From: Candidatus Sulfopaludibacter sp. SbA3
Lineage (GTDB): Bacteria; Acidobacteriota; Vicinamibacteria; Vicinamibacterales; UBA2999
Direction of reading: 5' to 3'
NCBI GenBank assembly: GCA_945903265.1
Contig: CAMDNQ010000016.1
Span: forward strand, 6,075-70,074
Length of the DNA: 64,000 bases
Both the position numbers and the translations under genes were made by a program. Each line of letters opens with the position of its first letter. Within the stretch, counting starts at the first letter, position 1. Positions 38,162 to 48,461 of the stretch are shown here, piece by piece. Under the pieces are notes generated by a model. It was not told the origin of the DNA, ran no database searches, and worked only from the letters and a program-made list of their open reading frames with translations.

Positions 38162-39007
38162 CTAATCCTTCAGGGTCTTGACGGCATCCGCGATGAGCGC
38201 CGTCAGTTCGGCGTATGTTAGCCGAATTTCGCCGTCCCTGCTCGCCCGCGCGAGGGCGTCATCCGGCACCAGCCGGCGAGCGGACTCTGGCGATTCGAGC
38301 ACCTGGCACAGCACTTCATCGCCCGTCACGTCGTTGGGATCGGCGCAGAGCGGCGCCGGCGACGGAATCCCGTAGAAACCGCGGAGGCCCTGGAGCCGCT
38401 CGACTTCATCGCGCGAAATCAGATTCTCGCGGCCAAGCAGGCGCGCCACGAGGCTGATGTTCGCAAAGTGCTCGATGGTTTCCATCTTGTAATACGCGCT
38501 CAGCACGTCCGTCCCGCACGTCACGGCGCCATGGTTCGCGAGCAGCATTCCGTCGTGTGCCTTGATGTACTTCCGCACGGCGTCGGGCAGCTCCCTCGTC
38601 GAGGGCGTTCCGTATTCCGCGATGGGGATGCTGCCGAGCGTCGTAATGACTTCCGCGAGTACGGCTCTCGTCAGCGGAATGCCCGCAACCGCAAAGCCCG
38701 TCGCGACAGGGGGATGCGCGTGGACGACCGCGTTCACGTCCGGCCGGTTGCGATAGATCTCGAGATGCATCGGAAGCTCGGTCGACGGATCGCGATCGCC
38801 GGCGATCTTGTTGCCGTCGAAGTCGACGATCACCATCATGTCGGGCGTCATGAAACCCTTCGAGACGCTCTTCGGTGTGGTGACCAGCCGTTTCTCGTCG
38901 AGCCGTGCGCTGATGTTGCCGTCGTTCGAGGCGATGAACGAGCGGGCGTACAGACGGCGGCCGGCCTCGACGATATCGGCGCGGATCTGTTCCTCGACTC
39001 GGGTCAT
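38162..39007 (-). CDS. class II aldolase/adducin-family enzyme with a C-terminal encapsulation-peptide-like extension
   Basis: Aldolase_II motifs ([21 protein letters not shown]). A roughly 65-aa tail ends in the amphipathic [25 protein letters not shown] overlap with the YHS gene stop. Confidence 0.88.
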   Translation of the reverse strand: MTRVEEQIRADIVEAGRRLYARSFIASNDGNISARLDEKRLVTTPKSVSKGFMTPDMMVIVDFDGNKIAGDRDPSTELPMHLEIYRNRPDVNAVVHAHPPVATGFAVAGIPLTRAVLAEVITTLGSIPIAEYGTPSTRELPDAVRKYIKAHDGMLLANHGAVTCGTDVLSAYYKMETIEHFANISLVARLLGRENLISRDEVERLQGLRGFYGIPSPAPLCADPNDVTGDEVLCQVLESPESARRLVPDDALARASRDGEIRLTYAELTALIADAVKTLKD

Positions 39008-39255
39008 GGCTGTGCGAACTTGGCCTTGCACGCTTCGGAGCAGAAGTAGTGCGTCGTGCCCGCGGCGGTCGCCGACAGTGCTGCGCGGGCGGGCACGTAG
39101 GTCCCGCAGACGGGATCACGCACGAGCTTGACGGCCGGAGTGGGACCTCCGCTTTCGCGCGGCGATCGGGCGGCTTCGATCACTGAATCCACCAATCGCC
39201 AGAACATCCGCGCGATGATGATGAGCAGGATGGCGAGAAGGATGAACCTGATCAT
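39004..39255 (-). CDS. membrane-anchored YHS/TRASH-domain protein
   Basis: N-terminal TM segment (FILLAILLIIIARMFW), then VCGTYV......HYFCSEACK.KF, a YHS-type metal-binding motif. Confidence 0.7.
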   Translation of the reverse strand: MIRFILLAILLIIIARMFWRLVDSVIEAARSPRESGGPTPAVKLVRDPVCGTYVPARAALSATAAGTTHYFCSEACKAKFAQP

Positions 39256-39267
39256 CGACTCGCGCCG

Positions 39268-39897
39268 TTAACTTCCCGGAGTCGCGGCGCCGGCGGCGCC
39301 GCCTGTCGAATGGCCGGCCGCAGCGATGCCTTCAAGGGCCTTCTGGGCCGCCTGTCCCTCTGGACTGCCCGGTGCAAGCGCCACGACCTGCTTCCAGGCC
39401 GTTTCCGCCCCCGCCAGATCGCGCTTGCCGAACGCCAGCACGATGCCCTGGTTGAGGAAGGTCTTCGTGTGCTTCGGGTCAATCTTCAGCGAGCTGTCGA
39501 ACTGCGCGAGCGCACGGTCGGTCTGGCCGGTGTAGTAGTAGCTGATACCGAGATCCGTGCTCGCATCCGCGTTCTTCGGATCGAGCCGGACGCCCTCCTC
39601 GTACCACTTGATGGCGTCCGGATAGCGCTCGGCGTCGAAGTACACATTTCCGAGCTGCACGGCCGCGCCCGCGTTCGTCGGATCGCTGGTGATGACGGTC
39701 GTGAGCGCCTGCACGCGAGCTTCGTCGAGCGGAGGTGTTGCCTGCTGCTGGCCGGCGCCCTGCGGCGGCGGGGCGGCCGCGGCCTGGGGGACGGGGACGG
39801 CAGGCTGGTTCTCGGCCTGCTGGATACCGATCACCCATCCGAGGATGATGCCAAAGCACATGCCGGCGACCGCGAACACGATGGATTCAGCTTTCAT
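39268..39897 (-). CDS. tetratricopeptide repeat protein with an N-terminal TM anchor
   Basis: TM anchor, an Ala/Pro/Gln linker, then three to four TPR-like units (LGNVYFDAERYPDAIKWYEEGVRLDP...). Confidence 0.75.
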   Translation of the reverse strand: MKAESIVFAVAGMCFGIILGWVIGIQQAENQPAVPVPQAAAAPPPQGAGQQQATPPLDEARVQALTTVITSDPTNAGAAVQLGNVYFDAERYPDAIKWYEEGVRLDPKNADASTDLGISYYYTGQTDRALAQFDSSLKIDPKHTKTFLNQGIVLAFGKRDLAGAETAWKQVVALAPGSPEGQAAQKALEGIAAAGHSTGGAAGAATPGS

Positions 39898-39928
39898 GAG
39901 GGACTACAGACCAGAGACTACCGACATC

Positions 39929-40696
39929 TTATGACACGGTCAGCGTCAGCTGAAACCACTCGATCAGGGACCGGACAAGGTCCGGATCGCGCGACAGGAG
40001 CACCGTGCCGTGCGCAGGGGTTGTCGACCAGCGCATCTGCCTCGGACCGGACGCATCCTGAGCCAGCGTCCTGACAGAGCGGGCGGCATAGGGGTCCTGC
40101 AGGCTGGCCATGAGCAGCGCCGGACGCGCGCCGTACTGGGCCAGCGCCGGTTCGATCCCGACCCCCCGGTAGTCCAGCGAGGGCGACACCAGCGCGAGCG
40201 ATCGCACCGCAGGATTGGTCGCAGCCGCCACGGCTGCGAGATTGGCGCCCAGCGAGGCGCCTGCCACGCCAATCGCCGCCGGATTCACCTCTCCCGGTCT
40301 CACGGTGAGGTACGCCACGGCCGCGTCCACGACCGCCGGCCAGCCGGCGAGTTCGGCCGGGTCCGCAGTGGCCGTCGACGGCAGGTCAATCGCGAGAGCG
40401 GTGATGTTCGTGTCGGCGAAACGCTGCGCCACCGCCTGCCAGTCGTCTTTCGTACGGCCCAGCATCGGAACGAGAACGACGGCCGGCGCGGGTCGTTCAC
40501 CGGCGTCGAACATCAGGCCGGCGACGGTACGTCCATCGCTCGTGCGCAACGTCACTCCGCGGCCCGCCGCATCGACGGGGGGTAACGGAAACAACGCGGC
40601 CGCGACGAGAACTCCCAACGCCCAAAGACCAACGCCCAAAGGGACTCTGGGCGACGCATTGGGAGTTGGACGTTGGGCGTTAGGCGTTGATGTCAT
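39929..40696 (-). CDS. secreted alpha/beta hydrolase (dienelactone-hydrolase-like)
   Basis: Signal peptide, nucleophile elbow GASLGA, about 250 aa. ATG at 40696 is 4 nt after the pdxJ stop. Confidence 0.65.
   Translation of the reverse strand: MTSTPNAQRPTPNASPRVPLGVGLWALGVLVAAALFPLPPVDAAGRGVTLRTSDGRTVAGLMFDAGERPAPAVVLVPMLGRTKDDWQAVAQRFADTNITALAIDLPSTATADPAELAGWPAVVDAAVAYLTVRPGEVNPAAIGVAGASLGANLAAVAAATNPAVRSLALVSPSLDYRGVGIEPALAQYGARPALLMASLQDPYAARSVRTLAQDASGPRQMRWSTTPAHGTVLLSRDPDLVRSLIEWFQLTLTVS
40611..40692. repeat. inverted arrays of a CAACGCCCAAAG word inside the 5' end of the hydrolase gene
   Basis: ACTCCCAACGCCCAAAGACCAACGCCCAAAGGG ... TGGGAGTTGGACGTTGGGCGTTAGGCGTTG. Pairing is possible in several registers. 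Confidence 0.7.
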
Positions 40697-40700
40697 GGCC

Positions 40701-41435
40701 TCACGACAGTACGGCCAGATAGTTCCTGACGCTCTGTTCAAGGCCCACGAACAGCGCCTCGCTGATCAGCGCATGGCCGATCGAGACTTCATCCAGATGA
40801 GGCAATGTGCGGAAGAGCACGAGGTTCTCGAGGTCGAGATCGTGTCCCGCGTTGATGCCCACGCCGAGTGAATGCGCCATCTCCGCAGCCGCCGCATAGG
40901 TGTCGAACGACTGGCGGGCGCTGGCGGCGTCCCGTTCCCACGCACGGGCGAACGGCTCCGTATACAGCTCGACCCGGTCCGCGCCGACCGCCGCCGCCCA
41001 TCGGATTGCCTGTTCGTCCGGATCCACGAACACGCTGACGCGCACGCCCGCCGCCTTGAGACGGGCAACGACACGCTCAATCTCTGCGCGCGGCGTCCCT
41101 GGCGCCCAGCCGGCCTGACTGGTAATCTCGCCGGGCTTCACCGGAACGAGCGTGCATTGATCGGGGCGAACGTCTGCGACGAGGTCGAGCAGATCGGGCC
41201 GCGGATCGCCTTCGATGTTGTATTCGACACGCCCCTTCAGAGGCTCGAGATACGCGGCGATCTCGCGAACGTCGCGCGCGGTGATGTGCCTGGCGTCGGC
41301 ACGCGGATGCACGGTAATCCCTGGAGCGCCGGTCTCGACACAGACGCGCACGGCGTCCATGACCGACGGGTTCGCGCCGCCGCGCGAGTTGCGCACGGTC
41401 GCAACTTTATTCACGTTGACGGAGAGCCTGATCAC
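40701..41435 (-). CDS. pdxJ: pyridoxine 5'-phosphate synthase
   Basis: LSVNVNKVATVRN.RG and ITVHPR.D.RHI motifs. The GTG start overlaps the glmM stop (GTGA). The upstream part of the 475-aa track ORF is discarded. Confidence 0.9.
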   Translation of the reverse strand: MIRLSVNVNKVATVRNSRGGANPSVMDAVRVCVETGAPGITVHPRADARHITARDVREIAAYLEPLKGRVEYNIEGDPRPDLLDLVADVRPDQCTLVPVKPGEITSQAGWAPGTPRAEIERVVARLKAAGVRVSVFVDPDEQAIRWAAAVGADRVELYTEPFARAWERDAASARQSFDTYAAAAEMAHSLGVGINAGHDLDLENLVLFRTLPHLDEVSIGHALISEALFVGLEQSVRNYLAVLS

Positions 41436-42766
41436 CGGACGTGTTCGCGCACCGCCTGCGCGATGTCCTGTGCCCATTGGCGGATCTCGGTCTCGTTCTT
41501 GCCCTCGAGCATGATCCGCAGCAGCGGCTCCGTGCCGGAGTACCGGACCAGCAGCCGGCCATCGCCGGCCAGCCGGCGCTCCACCGACTCCATCACCGCG
41601 GCCACGGCCGGAACCGTTCGCAGATCGGCCTTGCGAGCCACGCGCACGTTGAGCAGCACCTGCGGGTACGTCGTGATGTCCGAGGCCAGATCGGCGAGCG
41701 TGCGCCCGGTCGCGGCAACGGTTCTCAGGACGTTCAGCGCGGTGGCGAGGCCATCCCCGGTGAACAGGTGGTCGGAGAAGATGATGTGTCCCGATTGTTC
41801 GCCGCCCAGCGCAAGGTCGCGGCTGACCATCTCTTCCATGACGTACTTGTCGCCAACCGCGCACCGGACCATGTCGATGCCCGTATCCCGAAGGGCGATC
41901 TCCAGGCCGATATTGCTCATGACGGTGGCGACGATCGCGTTGCCCTTCAGGCGGCCTTCCGCTTTCATCTGCTTGCCGCACATCAGCATCACGGCGTCGC
42001 CATCGACGATCGTGCCGCCGGCGTCCACGAAGATCGCGCGATCGCCATCGCCGTCGAAGGCCACGCCGAGGGGAAATCCTCCGGCCACAACCGTTCGCGC
42101 GAGCAGATCCGGCGCCGTCGACCCGCATTGCAGATTGATGTTCCGGCCGTCCGGTTCACACCCGATGCAGGTCACCTCGAACCCGAGCTCCCTGAACACC
42201 CGCGGCGCCACGCTCGTCGTGGCTCCGTTGCCGCAATCGATCGCAATCCGGCGCGCCGGGCCGGACGCGGCCGGCAGAATCCGCAGCAGATGCGCGAGGT
42301 ACTCGCCGCGGTAGTCGATCTGCTCGATCGGCAGCGACGCCGTGTCGACGCTCGTCTGCCACGACGTGTCGAACACGATCGCCTCGATCTGATCCTCCAG
42401 CGTCTCGGTGAACTTTGCTCCGCTGCCCGAAAACACCTTGATGCCGTTGTCCTCGAACGGGTTGTGGGATGCAGAAATAACGACCCCGGCGGTGTAGCCC
42501 ATGCGGGGCGTGAGAAACGCCACCGCGGGAGTCGGTATGACGCCGGCGCTGACAAGCTCGCCTCCGGCGCTTCGGATCCCCTCCGCAAGCGCGCGCTCAA
42601 TCCAGGGGCCTGATTCCCGCGTGTCCCGGCCGGACAGGAAGCGCGTCGGCTTCCCGCCGCCCAGCGCGCGCGCGAGGGCGGCCCCAAGCCGCTGGATGGT
42701 CGGAGGATCGAGTGGATATTGACCGGCCTTACCACGCACCCCGTCGGTGCCGAACAGTTGTCCCAT
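41432..42766 (-). CDS. glmM: phosphoglucosamine mutase
   Basis: ISASHNPFEDNGIK active-site Ser loop and GVAFDGDGDR metal loop. Confidence 0.93.
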   Translation of the reverse strand: MGQLFGTDGVRGKAGQYPLDPPTIQRLGAALARALGGGKPTRFLSGRDTRESGPWIERALAEGIRSAGGELVSAGVIPTPAVAFLTPRMGYTAGVVISASHNPFEDNGIKVFSGSGAKFTETLEDQIEAIVFDTSWQTSVDTASLPIEQIDYRGEYLAHLLRILPAASGPARRIAIDCGNGATTSVAPRVFRELGFEVTCIGCEPDGRNINLQCGSTAPDLLARTVVAGGFPLGVAFDGDGDRAIFVDAGGTIVDGDAVMLMCGKQMKAEGRLKGNAIVATVMSNIGLEIALRDTGIDMVRCAVGDKYVMEEMVSRDLALGGEQSGHIIFSDHLFTGDGLATALNVLRTVAATGRTLADLASDITTYPQVLLNVRVARKADLRTVPAVAAVMESVERRLAGDGRLLVRYSGTEPLLRIMLEGKNETEIRQWAQDIAQAVREHVR

Positions 42767-42793
42767 GGATTTTTGAACTCGTTCCCTACTGGG

Positions 42794-43690
42794 TCATCGA
42801 ACCTGGACGCGCACGATTGGCGGCTCGACGCTCACGACACCGACTCGGGCCGGCGGCGTGATGTGCACAGGAAGCTGGAACGTCCCAGCCTGGAGACCTT
42901 CGGTATCAATCGTCGCCTCGTAATCCTCGGCGCGCGACGACCGCAGCTCGCGCGGACCTCGAACAAACACGGTGACTGTCGAAGGCGTGATCTGCACCGC
43001 TCCGGTCTTCGCGTTCACGCCGATGCCGGTGATCGCCCACTCCGCCGGCGCCGGCCCGATCGTGATCGTCACCCGGGCGCTGCCGGGAGACACAAGACGG
43101 ATCGACGGATCGGCGACACCCATGTTGACACTTTCGACGATCGTCGAGCCCGCTTCCGTGATCGTGACCGGCTCGGTGATCGCCTCGGTTAGGCGCATCA
43201 TGGCGCTGGCCGGTCCGATGACTTCGACCGTCGATGGATCCGCCGACACGGTGCCAACGACGAACCCGTCAAGCGGTTCGCCATCGAGCTCGGGCACGAC
43301 GGGCACGACTTTCATGGCCGACGGTTCGAACACCATCGAGACGTTCGATGGGGCGATCTGGACGACTTCGATTCCGAAGGGCGCGCGCACATCGGAGCCG
43401 GTGAGATTGAACAGCCGCCGGCCGGGCCGGGCGCCTCGCAAATCCAGCACCGCGATCAGCTCACCCGCGGCAACCCGGCTGAGCGCCCCTGAAGAACCGC
43501 GGACCCGGACGTCCACGAGATCCGGCGTATCGCCCACCAGTTCGAGCTCCGCGGGGAGATTGGTGAACTCGAGCGGAATCCGGAGCGCCCGCTCGACAAT
43601 CTGTTCCCCGGAGACAAGGAGCCAGATCAGCGACGCCAGCACGATCGACAGGAGCTTGAGGCCGATGTGGCGGAATCCCGGATATGGCAT
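42794..43690 (-). CDS. cdaR: YbbR-domain protein, CdaA regulator
   Basis: N-terminal TM segment plus repeated YbbR-like beta modules. Conserved cdaA-cdaR-glmM order. Confidence 0.75.
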   Translation of the reverse strand: MPYPGFRHIGLKLLSIVLASLIWLLVSGEQIVERALRIPLEFTNLPAELELVGDTPDLVDVRVRGSSGALSRVAAGELIAVLDLRGARPGRRLFNLTGSDVRAPFGIEVVQIAPSNVSMVFEPSAMKVVPVVPELDGEPLDGFVVGTVSADPSTVEVIGPASAMMRLTEAITEPVTITEAGSTIVESVNMGVADPSIRLVSPGSARVTITIGPAPAEWAITGIGVNAKTGAVQITPSTVTVFVRGPRELRSSRAEDYEATIDTEGLQAGTFQLPVHITPPARVGVVSVEPPIVRVQVR

Positions 43691-44508
43691 CAGGCCAGCG
43701 AGCCGGTTGTTTCGGCGCGGAAGATGCGCGGCCGGCGGCGGCCCAGCAACGTGCGGAGCTCCGTACGCAGCGCGTCGGGCGAGAGGCCCCGTTCAATCTT
43801 GCCGTCGCGGACGAGCGAGATGCTGCCGGTCTCTTCCGACACGACCACGGCTATGGCGTCGTTCTCCTCGGTGAGGCCGAGCGCCGCGCGGTGCCTCGTC
43901 CCGAATTCGCGGCCCAGCCGCGGGTTCACCGAGAGCGGGAGGAAACAGGCCGCCGCCGCGACCCGGTCGCCCTGAATGATCGCGGCGCCGTCGTGAAGCG
44001 GCGATCCAGGGTGGAAGATGCTCGCCATCAGATCGTAGGTGACCATGGCGTCGAGCGGAATGCCGCCCTCGATGTAGTTCCGCAGGCCGATCTGCCGTTC
44101 CAGCACGAACAACGCCCCCGTGCGCCGGGCGGCCAGGTTGGAGGCCGTCGCCACGAGCTCCTCGATCGTTTCATCGGCGCTCTGCGCCCGCTCGAAGTAG
44201 CGGAAGAAGGGGGCGCGGCCGAAGTGCGCGAGCGCGCGGCGGATGTCGGACTGGAACAGCACGATGATCGCAAAGACGACGTACCCGGCGAGGTTGCGAA
44301 TGACCCAGTTCACCGTCTCGAGCTGCAGCCACTGCGAGAGGAAAAACAGCCCGATCAGGAAGCCGCCGCTCAGCGCCATCTGCACGGCGCGCGTGCCCCG
44401 GATCAGGAGCAGCAGTTCGTACACCAGGATCGACACCAGCGCGATGTCGAGCAGGTCCCACCATGCGATCGTCGGCCGCCGGAGAAGGTCCGTGAGCCAG
44501 GTCAGCAA
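43690..44508 (-). CDS. cdaA: diadenylate cyclase
   Basis: Three N-terminal TM segments and a DAC domain (DGAAII.GDR, RHRAALG.TE..DA..VVVSEETG.IS). Confidence 0.9.
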   Translation of the reverse strand: MLTWLTDLLRRPTIAWWDLLDIALVSILVYELLLLIRGTRAVQMALSGGFLIGLFFLSQWLQLETVNWVIRNLAGYVVFAIIVLFQSDIRRALAHFGRAPFFRYFERAQSADETIEELVATASNLAARRTGALFVLERQIGLRNYIEGGIPLDAMVTYDLMASIFHPGSPLHDGAAIIQGDRVAAAACFLPLSVNPRLGREFGTRHRAALGLTEENDAIAVVVSEETGSISLVRDGKIERGLSPDALRTELRTLLGRRRPRIFRAETTGSLA

Positions 44509-44511
44509 GTT

Positions 44512-45354
44512 TCACGCATGATAGCGCCGAATCTCCTCGGCGACCCGAACGACCTGCGCCATCTCGCGGACGGCATGGACGCGCACGATGTGCGCGCCGC
44601 CCAGGACGGCGGCGGTGACCGCGGCTGCCGTGGCCCAGTCGCGTTCCGACGCGGCGACCGTCCCGCCCAGCGGCTTGGCGAGAAACGACTTCCGCGACGG
44701 GCCGATCAGAATCGGACAACCGAGCTCGGTGAAGGCGTCGAGCCGCGCGAGCGCTTCGTAGCTGTGGCGCGCCTCCTTCGCGAATCCCAGACCGGGATCG
44801 ACGATGATGCGGTCCGCGGAGATGCCCGCGGCCGTCGCGAAGGCGATGCTCTCACGCAGCTCGTCGAGCACTTCGGCCACGACGTCGTGATAGGTCGCCT
44901 GCGCGTACATGTCGTGCGATCGCCCCCGGGTATGCATCAGAACGATGGCCGCGCGACGCGACGCGACGATCCCCGCCAGCGCCGGATCGTACCGAAGGCC
45001 GCTGACGTCGTTGACGAGAACCGCGCCCGCGTCCAGCGCGGCCTCGGCCGTGCCCGCCTTGTAGGTGTCCACGGAGATTGGGACCCGCACCTGCGACACA
45101 AGGCCCGCGATCACCGGAACGACGCGCCGCCGTTCCTCCTCGTCGTCCACCTGTGCCGCCCCCGGCCGTGTCGATTCACCTCCGACATCGAGCAGGTCGG
45201 CGCCTTCGTCGACCATGCGCACGCCCGCGGCAATGGCCTGCGCCGGATCGAGCAGCCGGCCGCCGTCTGAGAAGGAATCGGGAGTGGCGTTGATGACGCC
45301 CATGACCAGGACGCGGTCGCCGAGGGTAAGGCTGCCGCCGGCCGCAAGCGGCAC
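44512..45354 (-). CDS. folP: dihydropteroate synthase
   Basis: MGVINATPDSFSDGG and DVGGESTRPG motifs. Confidence 0.92.
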   Translation of the reverse strand: MPLAAGGSLTLGDRVLVMGVINATPDSFSDGGRLLDPAQAIAAGVRMVDEGADLLDVGGESTRPGAAQVDDEEERRRVVPVIAGLVSQVRVPISVDTYKAGTAEAALDAGAVLVNDVSGLRYDPALAGIVASRRAAIVLMHTRGRSHDMYAQATYHDVVAEVLDELRESIAFATAAGISADRIIVDPGLGFAKEARHSYEALARLDAFTELGCPILIGPSRKSFLAKPLGGTVAASERDWATAAAVTAAVLGGAHIVRVHAVREMAQVVRVAEEIRRYHA

Positions 45355-45380
45355 GGTGAAGCGGCGGCGGGGATCCAGGA

Positions 45381-47285
<1,905 letters not shown>

Positions 47286-47320
47286 GCGTTATTCCTACCC
47301 TTCACTCAGATTCAAGAGTA

Positions 47321-48310
47321 TCACCTTACCGGGACCGCCTGATGGAGTAAGACCAGCTTTCCACGGCGAAGTTCCATGCGGCAACCGGGCAAATCGACCC
47401 CTCCTTCGAGCCCTCCCAACAGCGCCAGTACGGACTCGACGTGTTCGAGCCCGATTTCACGGCCGCCGCCGTGCTGACGGAGGGTTTCCAGGAGGACCCG
47501 GCGTAGTAGCGGCCGGGGCATCGCCGCCAGGGCCCGGGCATCGAGCGCGGGACCCTCGTCGGCGGAGGCTGCGGCGACGGTCATCTGCTCGCGGGCCAGC
47601 TCATCAAGCCAGTCGCCATCCTCGCGGGCAAGCGCGGCTGCCCTGGCGATGGCCGGGCTCGTCGGCGCGCCCGCCGCGCGGTTCAGTTCGGGAATGACGT
47701 TGTGGCGAATTCGATTGCGAGGGTTACTGACGTCGTCGTTACTCTCGTCGTCGATCCACGTCTCACCCGCCGCACTGAGATAGCCCCGCAGCTCCGCGCG
47801 AGACACGTCGAGCAGCGGCCGAATCACACTGTCGCGGCGCGGATAGATGCCCGCGAGACCCGTCAGCCCGGCGCCGCGGATCAATTTGAGCAGAAGCGTT
47901 TCCGCCTGATCGTCCTGCGTATGCCCCACGGCAATCCGGTCGCCCCCGAGGGCACTCGCCGCGCGCTCCAGGAAGCTGTATCGAAGCCGTCTCGCCGCAT
48001 CTTCCAGCGAGAGACGGTGGGCGGCTCCAAACGCACGTACATCCGCAGCCTCGATGATGATGGGCAGCGATACCCGCCTCGCGAACTCGTGGCAGAAGGC
48101 CTCGTCACGGGCCGCCGACGGGCGCAAGCCGTGGTTCAGGTGCGCAACACCCGCCACCGTGAAGCCGCCATGTTCCGCGAGCTCCAGGAGTAGCCGTGTC
48201 AGCCCAATGGAGTCGGAACCGCCAGACAGACCGACCACGACCTTCGCGCCGGGAGGCAGGAGGCCGTGGCGCCGAATCGTCCGCCGGATCTGTTGGTGAA
48301 GGGAAGTCAT
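47321..48310 (-). CDS. tilS: tRNA(Ile)-lysidine synthetase
   Basis: SGGSDS PP-loop (VGLSGGSDS). Short form, about 330 aa. Confidence 0.88.
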   Translation of the reverse strand: MTSLHQQIRRTIRRHGLLPPGAKVVVGLSGGSDSIGLTRLLLELAEHGGFTVAGVAHLNHGLRPSAARDEAFCHEFARRVSLPIIIEAADVRAFGAAHRLSLEDAARRLRYSFLERAASALGGDRIAVGHTQDDQAETLLLKLIRGAGLTGLAGIYPRRDSVIRPLLDVSRAELRGYLSAAGETWIDDESNDDVSNPRNRIRHNVIPELNRAAGAPTSPAIARAAALAREDGDWLDELAREQMTVAAASADEGPALDARALAAMPRPLLRRVLLETLRQHGGGREIGLEHVESVLALLGGLEGGVDLPGCRMELRRGKLVLLHQAVPVR

Positions 48311-48367
48311 TTTCCGGTCGTATGGCCTGCCAACCGTAGCTCACCCGTTAGCAGGGTGAGCGAAGGT

Positions 48368-48444
48368 TGGTGCCGGAGGGCGGACTCGAACCGCCGACCC
48401 CGCGCTTATGAGACGCGTGCTCTAACCGGCTGAGCTACTCCGGC
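48368..48444 (-). tRNA. tRNA with CAU anticodon (elongator Met or Ile2), CCA-encoded
   Basis: Folds by hand as GCCGGAG-TA-GCTC-AGCCGGTTA-GAGC-A-CGCGT-CTCATAA-GCGCG-GGGTC-GGCGG-TTCGAGT-CCGCC-CTCCGGC-A-CCA. G1:C72 is paired, so it is not an initiator tRNA. Confidence 0.9.
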
Positions 48445-48461
48445 AGGAAGCGATTATTTTA

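Noticed and set aside
41436-42128. N-terminal 230 aa of the 475-aa track ORF 40701-42128
   Set aside because: This portion lies in an alternative frame of glmM. The PdxJ homology begins only at VIRLSVNVNK, with a GTG that overlaps the glmM stop.
43684-45270. 528-aa ORF on the plus strand
   Set aside because: It is antisense to cdaA and folP, both of which have clear catalytic motifs. High-GC shadow ORF.
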